Origin: Clostridia bacterium
Lineage (GTDB): Bacteria > Bacillota > Sulfobacillia > SLMV01
Length of the DNA stretch: 48,227 bases
Assembly: GCA_003566675.1 (NCBI GenBank)
Contig: PXCI01000001.1
Location: forward strand, 1-48,227
Reading direction: 5' to 3'
Made by a program: the position numbers and the translations under genes. Under the pieces are notes generated by a model that did no database searches, was not told where the DNA came from, and saw only the letters and a program-made list of their open reading frames with translations. Every line of letters starts with the position of its first letter. Position 1 is the first letter of the stretch. Shown piece after piece: positions 1 through 9,260 of this stretch.

Positions 1-1118
1 AGGATCACGGCCCCACCGCAATCCTCGATGCCCCTCATGATGTCCTCCGTACTGGGATTCATCGTGGGTCCACCGGAGACAACCTCGGCCGCTCCCAGGT
101 CCAAAAACGCCTGGCGCAGTCCCTCGCCCGCCGCGATGGGAACGATGGCAAAGGCGCCATTGTGCCCCTGCTTCGGATTCGGACGCCCCTGAGTTGAAGG
201 AGACGATGCCTGCTGAAACTCCATGTTCTGAATGTGAAGATCCAGGAGATCTCCCGCCTCCAGGCAAATCGAGAGCACCGCCAGGGGGTCGTCGGTGTGC
301 ACGTGGACCTTGACCATGTCCTCCTCGTCGATCACGATCAGGCTGTCTCCGAGGGCATCGAGGGCCTGTCCGTCCACCTGGGCGGTCTGTTTCATGAGCA
401 GGACCACGTCAAAGGGATACTCCAGGACGGCGTCCCCGGTGACCGGTGCCGCGCGGGCTCCCTCCCGGGCCTTCGCGGGAGCCGTCTTCTCGGTGATTCC
501 CTGCAGTGCCCCCTGCAAGATGCAAATCCAGCCCTTTCCGCCGGCATCCACGACGCCGGCATCACGGAGCACATCGAGCATCTCGGGGGTGCGCTCCAGG
601 GTGAGTTCTGCCTGCACGAGGGCGGCCTCCAGAACCCCCACAAGATCCTCACCCTCCGCGGCAGCCTCCGAAGCGGCCCCGGCCGCCTTCCGGGCGACCG
701 TGAGGATGGTGCCCTCAACGGGTCTCATGACCGCACTGTAGGCGGCGCGAACCCCGGATTCCAGGGCCTCCGCAAGCGCAGCCGGATCCGCCTCCGATTC
801 TCCACCCAGCCGGGCCGAGAGGCCGCGGAAGAGCTGGGACAGGATGACGCCCGAATTTCCCCGGGCGCCCATCAGGGAGCCCACCGAGAGGGCATTGACC
901 AGGGTTCCCAGGGAAGCCTCCGGGTCCGATATGTGATCCATGGCCGACTCCAGGGTCATCAGCATGTTGATGCCCGTGTCTCCATCGGGCACGGGATAGA
1001 CATTCAGAGCGTTGATCTCATCGACGTTCTCCTTCAGGCAGGACACCGCAGCTGTCAGCATGCGGTGAAAAAGGGGTCCGGTCAACACATCCACTGTCCC
1101 ACGGGCTCGTTCAGTCAT
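1..1118 (-). CDS. fakA: DAK2 domain fatty acid kinase subunit A (YloV/FakA), 3' end runs off the window
   Basis: Minus-strand translation gives INALNVYPVPDGDTGINMLMT and MGARGNSGVILSQ, the DAK2/YloV signatures. ATG at 1118 overlaps the asp23 stop. Canonical rpmB/yloU/yloV synteny. Not in the ORF track because it has no stop in the window. Confidence 0.93.
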   Translation of the reverse strand, partial: MTERARGTVDVLTGPLFHRMLTAAVSCLKENVDEINALNVYPVPDGDTGINMLMTLESAMDHISDPEASLGTLVNALSVGSLMGARGNSGVILSQLFRGLSARLGGESEADPAALAEALESGVRAAYSAVMRPVEGTILTVARKAAGAASEAAAEGEDLVGVLEAALVQAELTLERTPEMLDVLRDAGVVDAGGKGWICILQGALQGITEKTAPAKAREGARAAPVTGDAVLEYPFDVVLLMKQTAQVDGQALDALGDSLIVIDEEDMVKVHVHTDDPLAVLSICLEAGDLLDLHIQNMEFQQASSPSTQGRPNPKQGHNGAFAIVPIAAGEGLRQAFLDLGAAEVVSGGPTMNPSTEDIMRGIEDCGGAVI

Positions 1119-1482
1119 TGAGGGCCGTCACCTTCACTCCCCGCACATTCACGTTGACCTTTTCGACGGGGAATCCGCTGCAGTGAATCAGGGTGTAGCG
1201 AACTCTCTCCCGGATGTTGCGCGCAACCTCGCCGATATTGACCCCGTAACCGATCACGATGTTGACCGTGACCACCAGGGACTCACCATCATGGGACGAA
1301 GCAACCGTAACCCCCCGGGTGAGGCTGTCGTGGCGCAAGACCCCAGCGATCCCGTCCTGTATGTTCCGGGCAGCCATGCCGGCCACCCCGTAGCATTCCG
1401 TCGTGGCGATCCCGGCCAGGTTGGCCAGGACCGCGTCCTGAACCTCGATAACTCCAGTGTCCGTCTCAATGGATCGAGCCAT
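1111..1482 (-). CDS. Asp23/Gls24 family envelope stress response protein (YloU)
   Basis: AGIATTECYGVAGMA and VNVNVRGVKV motifs; purine-rich RBS before ATG 1482; lies between rpmB and fakA. Confidence 0.92.
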   Translation of the reverse strand: MARSIETDTGVIEVQDAVLANLAGIATTECYGVAGMAARNIQDGIAGVLRHDSLTRGVTVASSHDGESLVVTVNIVIGYGVNIGEVARNIRERVRYTLIHCSGFPVEKVNVNVRGVKVTALND

Positions 1483-1606
1483 ATCTCCATTCCTCTCGTA
1501 GCTGCAAAAAAACGGGGCCCTCGACTCTGAGCGCTCGCGTTGATAGAATACACATTGTAAACTTAGTATATCCTCGAACAAAAAACAACGGCTGGAGGCG
1601 ACACCC

Positions 1607-1798
1607 ATGGCCAAGCGATGCGATGTATGTGGCAAGGGTAAGATGACGGGACACAATGTAAGTCACGCGATTAACCGCACCAAGAGGGTGTTCAAACCTA
1701 ATATCCAGCGCATCACCGTGCAGACCGACGATGGCAAGGAGAAGATGAACGTTTGCACGCGATGCCTCAGATCAGGAAAAGTCACGAAGGCTATCTGA
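1607..1798 (+). CDS. rpmB: 50S ribosomal protein L28 (Zn-ribbon C+ form)
   Basis: [10 protein letters not shown]...GHNVSHA...[11 protein letters not shown]...[11 protein letters not shown]; GGAGG RBS. Confidence 0.98.
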   Translation: MAKRCDVCGKGKMTGHNVSHAINRTKRVFKPNIQRITVQTDDGKEKMNVCTRCLRSGKVTKAI

Positions 1799-1817
1799 GA
1801 GAGCTTCTGACAGCAGT

Positions 1818-1848
1818 GGAGCGCGTCCGCTTCCGGCGGACGCACTCC
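1818..1848. terminator. GC-rich hairpin between convergent rpmB and spoVM, probable bidirectional terminator
   Basis: GGAGcGCGTCCGC-ttccg-GCGGACGCaCTCC stem-loop; no clear U tract. Confidence 0.55.
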
Positions 1849-1856
1849 TCGGCCGC

Positions 1857-1934
1857 CTATTTTCCAAACAGACCAAACACGAACTGCAGGATTCTCCCGA
1901 GAAACAGTGGCACCTTGATGACTCGAATTCTCAT
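1857..1934 (-). CDS. spoVM: Stage V sporulation protein M homolog (25 aa, MRIRVIKVPLFLGRILQFVFGLFGK)
   Basis: Translated by hand. GGAGG RBS 7 nt upstream. Ungapped alignment to B. subtilis SpoVM as recalled (MKFYTIKLPKFLGGIVRAMLGSFRKD) gives 11/25 identities including I6, K7, P9 and FLG. Same position as B. subtilis spoVM (downstream of rpe, convergent with rpmB). Confidence 0.88.
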   Translation of the reverse strand: MRIRVIKVPLFLGRILQFVFGLFGK

Positions 1935-1970
1935 CATTCTCCCTCCCGGACCGATCTCCGACGTGGGGCG

Positions 1971-2144
1971 CTAGTATTTGTCCTTGATGAACAGCCCCCC
2001 CACGATCAACCCCACACCCAAAAGAAAGAACCAGAACCACGGCGGCATGACAATGGCGAGCAAGGTACATCCCGCCAAAATAAGGATGAGACTCGCCCAG
2101 TCTTTGAAATGGCTGATCCTTTTGAGGCCCCTTCTGCGATACAT
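1971..2144 (-). CDS. 57-aa two-helix membrane protein directly upstream of spoVM
   Basis: MYRRRGLKRISHFKDWASLILILAGCTLLAIVMPPWFWFFLLGVGLIVGGLFIKDKY; strong GGAGGGGG RBS; basic N-terminus and two hydrophobic segments split by PP. Below the ORF-track size cutoff. Confidence 0.8.
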   Translation of the reverse strand: MYRRRGLKRISHFKDWASLILILAGCTLLAIVMPPWFWFFLLGVGLIVGGLFIKDKY

Positions 2145-2169
2145 GCAGGTTCCCCCTCCACGGACAGTT

Positions 2170-2200
2170 TAGTATATGGGTTGAGGGAGGCATTTTGTGC
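2170..2200 (-). promoter_or_regulatory. Putative sigmaK/sigmaE-type (mother-cell) promoter for the 57-aa ORF and spoVM
   Basis: Minus strand reads gCACA-N17-CATATACTA, matching the CATAnnnT(A) -10 element of sigmaE/sigmaK. Confidence 0.5.
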
Positions 2201-2348
2201 CTTATTTGGTGGGGTGCCTGGACATGGACGTATCTGGCAGCGGATCCGTAGCGCCCTGACGCACCAGTGAAAGTCAGCTCGGCCCAGGGCTGTTTTTGAG
2301 AGGCATCCGGAGGGTCACTATTCGTCAGCGTGATGACTAAAATGGGCC

Positions 2349-2768
2349 TCAAGACCAAGATGTGAACATATATGTCATCGATACATGGGGCCGCTTTCCA
2401 TAACGTCCCCTGCTGAACCCAATAACTCCTCGGCAACCTTTACTGATTGGCCCGCCGTGATCCGAACCCAGGGGAAGAAACATCAACACGTTGCCAACGG
2501 CAAAATACGCCGATCCATGCCCCAAGATGTCAGCAAAGGGACGGAGATTCACATGTACGTAGATGGGCCGTCGTTGCATCATACCTGCAGGAGATAGCGT
2601 AAGGGTCAGGATAGCATGAATGGAACCGAGCAGCAGGCCCTCGAGAAAGGCCCGTGCGGGTGCTTCGGAAAGAGACAAACCTGCCCCGTGATAGCGCCAG
2701 ATCATCAAGCTGGTATAGGTGACAACCAGGAGTACCGTCGCGTCGGAGATGAACTGCCCGACTCCCAA
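2349..2768 (-). pseudogene. VanZ-like membrane protein, apparently truncated or frameshifted after the GNxxMFxPLG motif
   Basis: VNLRPF...GNVLMFLPLG are VanZ-family motifs. The in-frame continuation loses hydrophobicity, and an IDDIYVHIL-like segment appears in another frame. Occupies the usual thiN position. Confidence 0.5.
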
Positions 2769-2818
2769 CCGGCCACCCCCCGCCTTCCCACGACCCACCC
2801 GACACCGACAGCTGCCCA

Positions 2819-3490
2819 TCATCCCCGCAGGAAAGCCACAGTCGCCGCCGGATCCTCGGAGGAAAACAGGCAGGACCCAGAAACCAGCAAGCTGGCCCCG
2901 GCCTCACGGAGCTCCTGGGCATTGGAAAGATCCACGCCACCGTCAACGGCAATACGGATCCCTGTTCCGGCCACCATCTCGCAGGCCTGCCGGACCCGCT
3001 GCACGGTCTGCGGGATAAAACGTGCCCCGGAGAACCCCGGATTCACTCCCATGATCACGACCAGGTCCAGCACATCCATCAGGAGGGGAAGGTCAGCCAG
3101 GGACCGCGACGGGTTGTAGGCGATGCCGGAAAGACAACCCCGCCGCCGAATCTCGTCGAGGTGACGATGGCAGTGAGGAGACGTTTCCCGGTGAAAAATG
3201 AGCAGGTTCGCCCCGGCGTCGGCGAAAAGGGGAATCATCGCCCCGGGGTTGTCCACCATCAAATGGACCTCCGTGGGAAGATGTGTCTGGGAAGACAGGG
3301 CCTCGACCAGTCCGGGTCCAAAGCTCAGGTTGGGGACGAAGTGGCCGTCCATAATGTCCACGTGCAGAAGATCCGCCCCTGCCTCCTCCGCCAGCCCCAC
3401 GCCATCAGCAAGCTGGGCGGGGTTTGCCGATAGAATCGAGGGTGCGATCAACACCCTGCCGGGATCCTCCCACCCGGGTATTTTTGGCAT
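2819..3490 (-). CDS. rpe: Ribulose-phosphate 3-epimerase
   Basis: IAPSILSA, LHVDIMDGHFVPN, VNPGFSG and VDGGV motifs. Confidence 0.97.
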   Translation of the reverse strand: MPKIPGWEDPGRVLIAPSILSANPAQLADGVGLAEEAGADLLHVDIMDGHFVPNLSFGPGLVEALSSQTHLPTEVHLMVDNPGAMIPLFADAGANLLIFHRETSPHCHRHLDEIRRRGCLSGIAYNPSRSLADLPLLMDVLDLVVIMGVNPGFSGARFIPQTVQRVRQACEMVAGTGIRIAVDGGVDLSNAQELREAGASLLVSGSCLFSSEDPAATVAFLRG

Positions 3491-3506
3491 AGCTCCTACC
3501 TCCCTC

Positions 3507-5444
3507 TCAGCGGCGGAAGGTGATCACGCGCACCGCTGAATTGTTGACGTAGACAAAGGCCCGGGCACCGGACCCATACCAGTAGAGGGTCAGATCGAAC
3601 TCCGATCCCCCCTCAACGAGATCATCGAAGACCACCCGGCGGCTGACACTGTCCATGAGTTCCACCGTCACCCGCTGCAGCTCGGGAGTGTCCTCCAATT
3701 CCACGGTGATAGTATCTTCGATCGCATCGCGATCATTGCCCCTGCTGACGATCAGGGTGACGATGTCTCCAGTGTTGACCTCGACACCGACCTCGGGCTC
3801 GTGGTCAAAGACCACCTCCTCCGGAAAATCCGCCACCTCCCGGACGACCCTCGCCTCGAGTCCCAGGTCTGTCAACTCCGACAGCACCACGGGCAGGCTC
3901 TTGCCGATGTATCCCTGCATTGCAAAGGGACGGGGTTCCGGCCCCCTGCTGATCTGCAGATCGATCACCGTACCTCGTTGGACCTTGTCACCAGGAGGGG
4001 GAAACTGGTCGATGACATATCCCCCCGGGACCTCTTCGTGATACTCCTCGGAAAACTCAGAGTCGAGACCGACATTCTGCAGTGCCACCTGCGCATCGAG
4101 CCTGGGAATTCCGACAACATCGGGAATGCCTCCCTCCACCCACTGGGGCCCCTGGCTTATGGTCAGCTCAATCGTCCCCCCGCGGCGCACCTGCTCGCCG
4201 GGCAGGGGACGCTGGGAGATGACGTGGTTTGCCGGGATGTCATCATCGTGTTTCGATGCCACAATTTCCGCGTGAAGCCCGTGTTCCTCGAGAACCGCCT
4301 CGGCCGTGGGCAATTGCTCACCCACCACCTCGGGCACATCCACAATGGGAACGGTATACCAATCCCAGACCCAGTAGGCGCCGTAGGCGAGGACGCCCAC
4401 GGCCACCATCGAAAAGACCAGCCCGAGGATAATCGGCCACCATCGCCGGCGGCGCGGCTGATCATCATCCTCGGGGAACGCCTCCTCGGAGTTACGGGGC
4501 TCCTCACGTCGCCTGGATCTCTTGGTCACCACCGTCTTACTCCCCCTCGAACGCATAGGAAAACTGTCCATGATCCGCGTATCGTCGTTAAGGAACCCTT
4601 CTCTTTGGGCCTTAGGACTTCCTCCACGCTGCACGGTCAGAAGGTCCTCAAGCATGTGATCAGAATCGGGATAGCGCCGGCCGGGATCCTTGGCCATGGC
4701 ACATAGGATCACATCGTCCAGCCCCGAGGGAATGTCCTTTCGGACCTCCGAGGGCAGCGGAGGATTCTGGTGCAGGTGTTCCAGGGCAATGGCCACGGCA
4801 CTGTCCCCCTCAAAGGGGACCTTTCCTGTGAGCATCTCATACAGGACGACCCCAACGCTGTATAGATCCGAACGGGCATCGGTGTGTCGGCCCCTCGCCT
4901 GCTCCGGTGACATGTAGCGGACCGACCCCATGATCTTGTTACTGGATACGACCGTGCCGGTTCCCTGGGCGCGGGCAATACCAAAATCGGCCACCTTGAC
5001 GGCGCCGTTGGAATCAATGATGACGTTGTCGGGCTTGATGTCGCGGTGCACCACTCCGCTCTCGTGGGCGCACTCCAGTGCCTTGAGAATCTGACAGGTG
5101 ATATCGACGGCGGTGTCCGGATGCAGGGGACCCTCCAGGGTGATCAGGTCCTTCAGACTCCGCCCAGAAATGTATTCCATTATGATATAATAAAGACCCT
5201 GTTCTGGTTCTTCTCCCACATCAAAGATGTTGACAATATTCGGGTGTGACAGCCGGGCTGCGGCCCTCGCCTCCCGGCGGAAATGGCTCAGAAATTCCTC
5301 GTCATGCGCAAAGCGCTCTCGCAGAACCTTGATCGCGACCTCGCGTTCCAGGTAGGAACACTTGGCCTTGTAGACCACGGACATACCGCCACTTCCGAGG
5401 CGCTCGATGATCTCGTAGCGTCCGCCCAGAACCCTTCCAATCAC
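3507..5444 (-). CDS. prkC: PASTA-domain Ser/Thr kinase (Stk1/PrkC/PknB)
   Basis: GSGGMS, VAIK, HRDIKPDN, DFGIA and YMSPEQARG kinase motifs; one TM helix; three PASTA repeats. Confidence 0.97.
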   Translation of the reverse strand: MIGRVLGGRYEIIERLGSGGMSVVYKAKCSYLEREVAIKVLRERFAHDEEFLSHFRREARAAARLSHPNIVNIFDVGEEPEQGLYYIIMEYISGRSLKDLITLEGPLHPDTAVDITCQILKALECAHESGVVHRDIKPDNVIIDSNGAVKVADFGIARAQGTGTVVSSNKIMGSVRYMSPEQARGRHTDARSDLYSVGVVLYEMLTGKVPFEGDSAVAIALEHLHQNPPLPSEVRKDIPSGLDDVILCAMAKDPGRRYPDSDHMLEDLLTVQRGGSPKAQREGFLNDDTRIMDSFPMRSRGSKTVVTKRSRRREEPRNSEEAFPEDDDQPRRRRWWPIILGLVFSMVAVGVLAYGAYWVWDWYTVPIVDVPEVVGEQLPTAEAVLEEHGLHAEIVASKHDDDIPANHVISQRPLPGEQVRRGGTIELTISQGPQWVEGGIPDVVGIPRLDAQVALQNVGLDSEFSEEYHEEVPGGYVIDQFPPPGDKVQRGTVIDLQISRGPEPRPFAMQGYIGKSLPVVLSELTDLGLEARVVREVADFPEEVVFDHEPEVGVEVNTGDIVTLIVSRGNDRDAIEDTITVELEDTPELQRVTVELMDSVSRRVVFDDLVEGGSEFDLTLYWYGSGARAFVYVNNSAVRVITFRR

Positions 5445-5466
5445 GTGCGTCTCACCTCCCCTTGTT

Positions 5467-6516
5467 TCAGGTCACGGCGTCCTCCGCCCCCAAATGACGT
5501 CTAAGCTGTCCACAGGCTGCATCGATCTCCAGCCCAAGGGGCCTGCGTATGGTCACACTGAGACCCACCATACTCAAAACATCCCGGAACTTACGCACCG
5601 CCTCGAGGGGTGACGGCTCGTAATCTACGCCAGGAACGGGGTTGAAGGGAATCAGGTTGATGTGACAGGTCATGTCCCTCAAAAGGACCCCCAGCTCCCG
5701 CGCCAACTCGGGATGATCGTTGACTCCCTTCATCATAGCATACTCGAAACTAACTCTTCTGCCCGAATGTTCGGCATACAATTCACAGGCCGGAATCAGC
5801 TCGCTGAGGGGGTGCTTCTTGTTGACCGGTACGAGGCGGTCTCGCAAGTAGTCGTTGGGAGCGTGCAGCGACACGGCCAGGGTAATGGGCATGTCCTCTT
5901 CTGCCAGCTGCAGGATCCGCGGGGTGATCCCCACGGTGGACAGGGTCATCCTCCGGTAGCTGATCCCGGGGCCCTCCTCGGAGTGAAGAAGCCGGAGGGA
6001 CTTGTGGCTGTGCTCGTAGTTGTTCAGGGGCTCCCCCATGCCCATCATGACCACGTGAGAGATTCGCTCCCCGGTCTCGTCCAGTCGCCTCTGGGCGAGA
6101 AACCACTGGCCCAGGATCTCGGGGCGCGACAGGTTCCTCAGCAGCCCCCCGGCGCCCGTGGCGCAAAAGGGACACCCCATCACACATCCGACCTGGGTAG
6201 AAAGGCAGAGGGAGACTCCGTGCTCATACCTCATGATCACCGTCTCGACCACCTCGCCGTCGCGCAGGGTGAAGGCGAATTTCTCCGTGCCCTCCTCCCC
6301 GGTCCGGTGCTGCAGGACCTTCATATCACAGACCCGGAACCGCTCGTCCAGTTGGCTGCGAAGATCGAGGGGCAAATTGGTCATCTGTTCGAAATCGTCA
6401 ACCCGCTGCCGGTACATCCAATCCATGAGCTGATCCGTCCGGTAGGCCTGCAAATTGAGGCCCCGAGTAATCTGGGCAAGCTCCTCTGAGGTCCTTCCAA
6501 TCAGCACTGTCTTCAC
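5467..6516 (-). CDS. rlmN: 23S rRNA (adenine2503-C2)-methyltransferase, radical SAM
   Basis: CVMGCPFC, MGMGEP, SLHA and DAACGQL motifs. Confidence 0.96.
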   Translation of the reverse strand: MKTVLIGRTSEELAQITRGLNLQAYRTDQLMDWMYRQRVDDFEQMTNLPLDLRSQLDERFRVCDMKVLQHRTGEEGTEKFAFTLRDGEVVETVIMRYEHGVSLCLSTQVGCVMGCPFCATGAGGLLRNLSRPEILGQWFLAQRRLDETGERISHVVMMGMGEPLNNYEHSHKSLRLLHSEEGPGISYRRMTLSTVGITPRILQLAEEDMPITLAVSLHAPNDYLRDRLVPVNKKHPLSELIPACELYAEHSGRRVSFEYAMMKGVNDHPELARELGVLLRDMTCHINLIPFNPVPGVDYEPSPLEAVRKFRDVLSMVGLSVTIRRPLGLEIDAACGQLRRHLGAEDAVT

Positions 6517-7853
6517 TGTGATCCCTCCCGCATACGCTGCAATCTGGCGATGAAAAATCCGTCGCTGCCGTGAACATGGGGAAGCATCTGGAGCATCCCC
6601 GCTGAAGCCTGGGCAACAGGGTCAAACAGGTGCGGCAGGTCCCCGGGAGCATAGTCCGCCTGCTCCTGCAGAAATCCCTCCACCACCAGGGAATTCTCCG
6701 CCCGGGCGATGGAACAGGTGCAATAGATGAGCACCCCACCGGGCTTCACCCGGGAGGAAACCGCATCCAGGATCTCGCGCTGAAGCACCGGCATGTCCCG
6801 CAGGATCTTCGGTCCCTTCTGCCATCGGGCCTCGGGATGACGCCCGAGGATTCCCAGGCCGCTGCACGGGGCATCGACGAGCACCGCGTCAAAGGTGCCG
6901 AGATCCCCTGGCAGGTCCCTGGCATCGGCACAGAGGGTCTTCACGATCGTCAGGTGCAGTCGGTCGCAGTCCCGCTCCAGGGCGTCCAACTTGAACCGGT
7001 GTCGATCCACAGCCACGATCTCCCCGCAATCGTTCATCTGTTCGGCAAGGTAGGTCGTCTTGCCGCCCCTGCCCGCGCAGGCATCCAACACCCGCATGCC
7101 GGGCCTCACGCCCACCGCAAGGGCGCCCATCTGGGAGCTCTCGCTCTGCACCGAGACCCGACCCTCGCGGTACTCGGGCAATTCAAAGGGCGACCCACCC
7201 CCCGAATAATGCAGCCCATCGGGTGCCATTTCACACCCGTTGACCTCCATCCCGCGAGCTCTGAGCTGTCCTGTCATCTCCGCGGGAGCGTCCCCGAGGC
7301 GATTAACTCGCAGTTGAACCGTCGCCGGCTCATTGTTGGCGCGACACAGCCGGAGAGTCTCATCAAAACCCATCTCCTCGATCCACGTCTTGACAACCCA
7401 CAGGGGATGGCTCTCGGTGACGGAGATCCAGCCAGCGGGGTCTGCATCCCGGTCGGGATAGGAGATCGACTCGCGGCGCCGGACCAGGTTGCGCAGCACC
7501 CCATTGACCAGGCCCGCGGCCCGGACCGGGCCCACCCTGCGGAGAAGTCGGACCGACTGGTCGCAGGCAGCATGGGAGGGCACCCGCATGTGCATGATCT
7601 GGTAGGCGCCCAGGCGCAGGGTGTTTCGGACCGACTGGTCGAGCTCCTCCAGGGGGTATTTCGAAAGCTGGGCCAGGACGTGGTCGAGTTGAAGGCGCCG
7701 GCGCAGCGTCCCATTGACGAGCTCCGTCGCAAACCTGCGATCCCGCTCATCCAGTTTCGACGCTGCCAACCGTCGAGGGAGAAGTTCGGCGGCCCAGTCT
7801 CCCTCTTCCACCCGATTTAAGATGTCCAGGGCAATCTCTCTCGGCTGATCCAT
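6513..7853 (-). CDS. rsmB: 16S rRNA (cytosine967-C5)-methyltransferase
   Basis: NusB-like N-terminus; DACAGRGGKT, DAPCSG, TCS and DGFFIA motifs. Confidence 0.96.
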   Translation of the reverse strand: MDQPREIALDILNRVEEGDWAAELLPRRLAASKLDERDRRFATELVNGTLRRRLQLDHVLAQLSKYPLEELDQSVRNTLRLGAYQIMHMRVPSHAACDQSVRLLRRVGPVRAAGLVNGVLRNLVRRRESISYPDRDADPAGWISVTESHPLWVVKTWIEEMGFDETLRLCRANNEPATVQLRVNRLGDAPAEMTGQLRARGMEVNGCEMAPDGLHYSGGGSPFELPEYREGRVSVQSESSQMGALAVGVRPGMRVLDACAGRGGKTTYLAEQMNDCGEIVAVDRHRFKLDALERDCDRLHLTIVKTLCADARDLPGDLGTFDAVLVDAPCSGLGILGRHPEARWQKGPKILRDMPVLQREILDAVSSRVKPGGVLIYCTCSIARAENSLVVEGFLQEQADYAPGDLPHLFDPVAQASAGMLQMLPHVHGSDGFFIARLQRMREGSQ

Positions 7854-7904
7854 GAGATAACCTGCTTTCCCCTACTACTATGGTACCCTGCTGTGCCATG
7901 ACAT

Positions 7905-8564
7905 TCATCGCCATCGACGAATCCGGGTGCCGATGAAGTAGGCTCCGGGCGCCTGGGGGAACAGCAAAAACCCCAGCCCGAAGAGCCCCGGCCTGCGATC
8001 ATACACCGGTGCGATCCCCGTGATGACGACATCATCGATGTCTCCCGTGGTCGTCAGCCTTCTCTGCGCCAGGATGCCCACGTAGGGCGAAATCAACATC
8101 AGAAACAGTCCACCGACAATCAGCGTGTAAAGATCCAGTCTTCCGCCCGCCACAAAGGCGACCACGAAGAGCAGGGCGATCAGGATGTTGCCCGCAGCCC
8201 GGCTGGTGCCGCATCGTCCGTGTATGGCCAGGTGGGTCTCTTTCGCCCTGAGCCTGGTGATCGCTTCACGCAGGGCCATCTCCAGGGACACCCTGTCGGA
8301 CCATCCCCGGATCAGAAACCCATCCGGGCGGGCCAGGCCCGAGAGGTTTCTCGCACCGTACCGGCTTTCCAGCACGTTAATGGTCGCATGCTCCAGTGCG
8401 TGGTTCTGGCGAAGAGGCCGATTAAAGGCGATCGTGAGCAGCTGCAACGGCAAATAGATCAGGTCCGACAGGCCCCGGATCATCAGCTTCAACGGCAGTA
8501 TGAACAGGTAGACAAAAACCACCGGCACCAGCAGCCAGAGAAACACGAGAGCCAGGAAACCCAT
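7905..8564 (-). CDS. DUF6391-like membrane protein
   Basis: RQNHALEHAT and LAIHGRCGT conserved motifs plus TM helices; starts right after the peptidase stop. Confidence 0.75.
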   Translation of the reverse strand: MGFLALVFLWLLVPVVFVYLFILPLKLMIRGLSDLIYLPLQLLTIAFNRPLRQNHALEHATINVLESRYGARNLSGLARPDGFLIRGWSDRVSLEMALREAITRLRAKETHLAIHGRCGTSRAAGNILIALLFVVAFVAGGRLDLYTLIVGGLFLMLISPYVGILAQRRLTTTGDIDDVVITGIAPVYDRRPGLFGLGFLLFPQAPGAYFIGTRIRRWR

Positions 8565-9260
8565 CTAGCGCCGACGCCCCTGCAGTGTGAACAGGTAGAT
8601 GAACTGCATCAGGGCCATCAGGGCCGCGGCCAGGTAGGTCAGCGCCGCAGCATTTAGAACCTGCCTGACTCCCCCGGCTTCCCGGGACGTGATGTATCCA
8701 CCGTCGATGAGGGCCGCCATGGCCCGGGCTGAGGCGTTGTACTCGACGGGCAATGTGATGATCTGAAAGACCAGGGCAGAGCCGAACAGGATCAGCCCAA
8801 TCGACATCAGCAGCTCGCCCGTCGTTCCGGCAAAGATGAGCCCGATGAAAAACAGGGGGAAAGCCAGGGTCGATCCAAACCGCGAGACCGGGATGATCGC
8901 ATTCCTCATCCCAAGCCAGATATAGCCCGTGGCATGCTGCATGGCATGGCCCGCCTCGTGGGCGGCGATTCCCAGGGCCGCCAGCGTCCGTCCATCGTGA
9001 ACATCCGGGGACAGCCGCACGGTCTGGTCCCGGGGATCGTAGTGGTCGCTCAACGCCCCCCGGCGACTGTACTCAATATTCACACCCCCAAGACCCACCT
9101 CACTGAGCATGGCCCGGGCCACCTCGGCTCCCGAGATCCCCCGGGAAGAGCGGACCCGGGAGAACCGCCGATAGGCTCCCTGTACCCGGGACTGGGCCCA
9201 GGTGGCCAGGATCAGTGCCGGCAGGATGAGGATAAAATAGAGCGGGTCAAAGTAGAACAT
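8565..9260 (-). CDS. Membrane zinc metallopeptidase (YugP / Zn_peptidase_2 family)
   Basis: LSDHYDP, AAHEAGHAMQH, TLPVEYNAS and AAALTY motifs. Confidence 0.93.
   Translation of the reverse strand: MFYFDPLYFILILPALILATWAQSRVQGAYRRFSRVRSSRGISGAEVARAMLSEVGLGGVNIEYSRRGALSDHYDPRDQTVRLSPDVHDGRTLAALGIAAHEAGHAMQHATGYIWLGMRNAIIPVSRFGSTLAFPLFFIGLIFAGTTGELLMSIGLILFGSALVFQIITLPVEYNASARAMAALIDGGYITSREAGGVRQVLNAAALTYLAAALMALMQFIYLFTLQGRRR

Noticed and set aside
234-1121. Long plus-strand ORFs antisense to core genes (295 aa here; also 6630-7820, 17086-18120, 26365-27615 and others)
   Set aside because: Shadow ORFs expected in high-GC coding DNA; the opposite strand carries the recognisable proteins.
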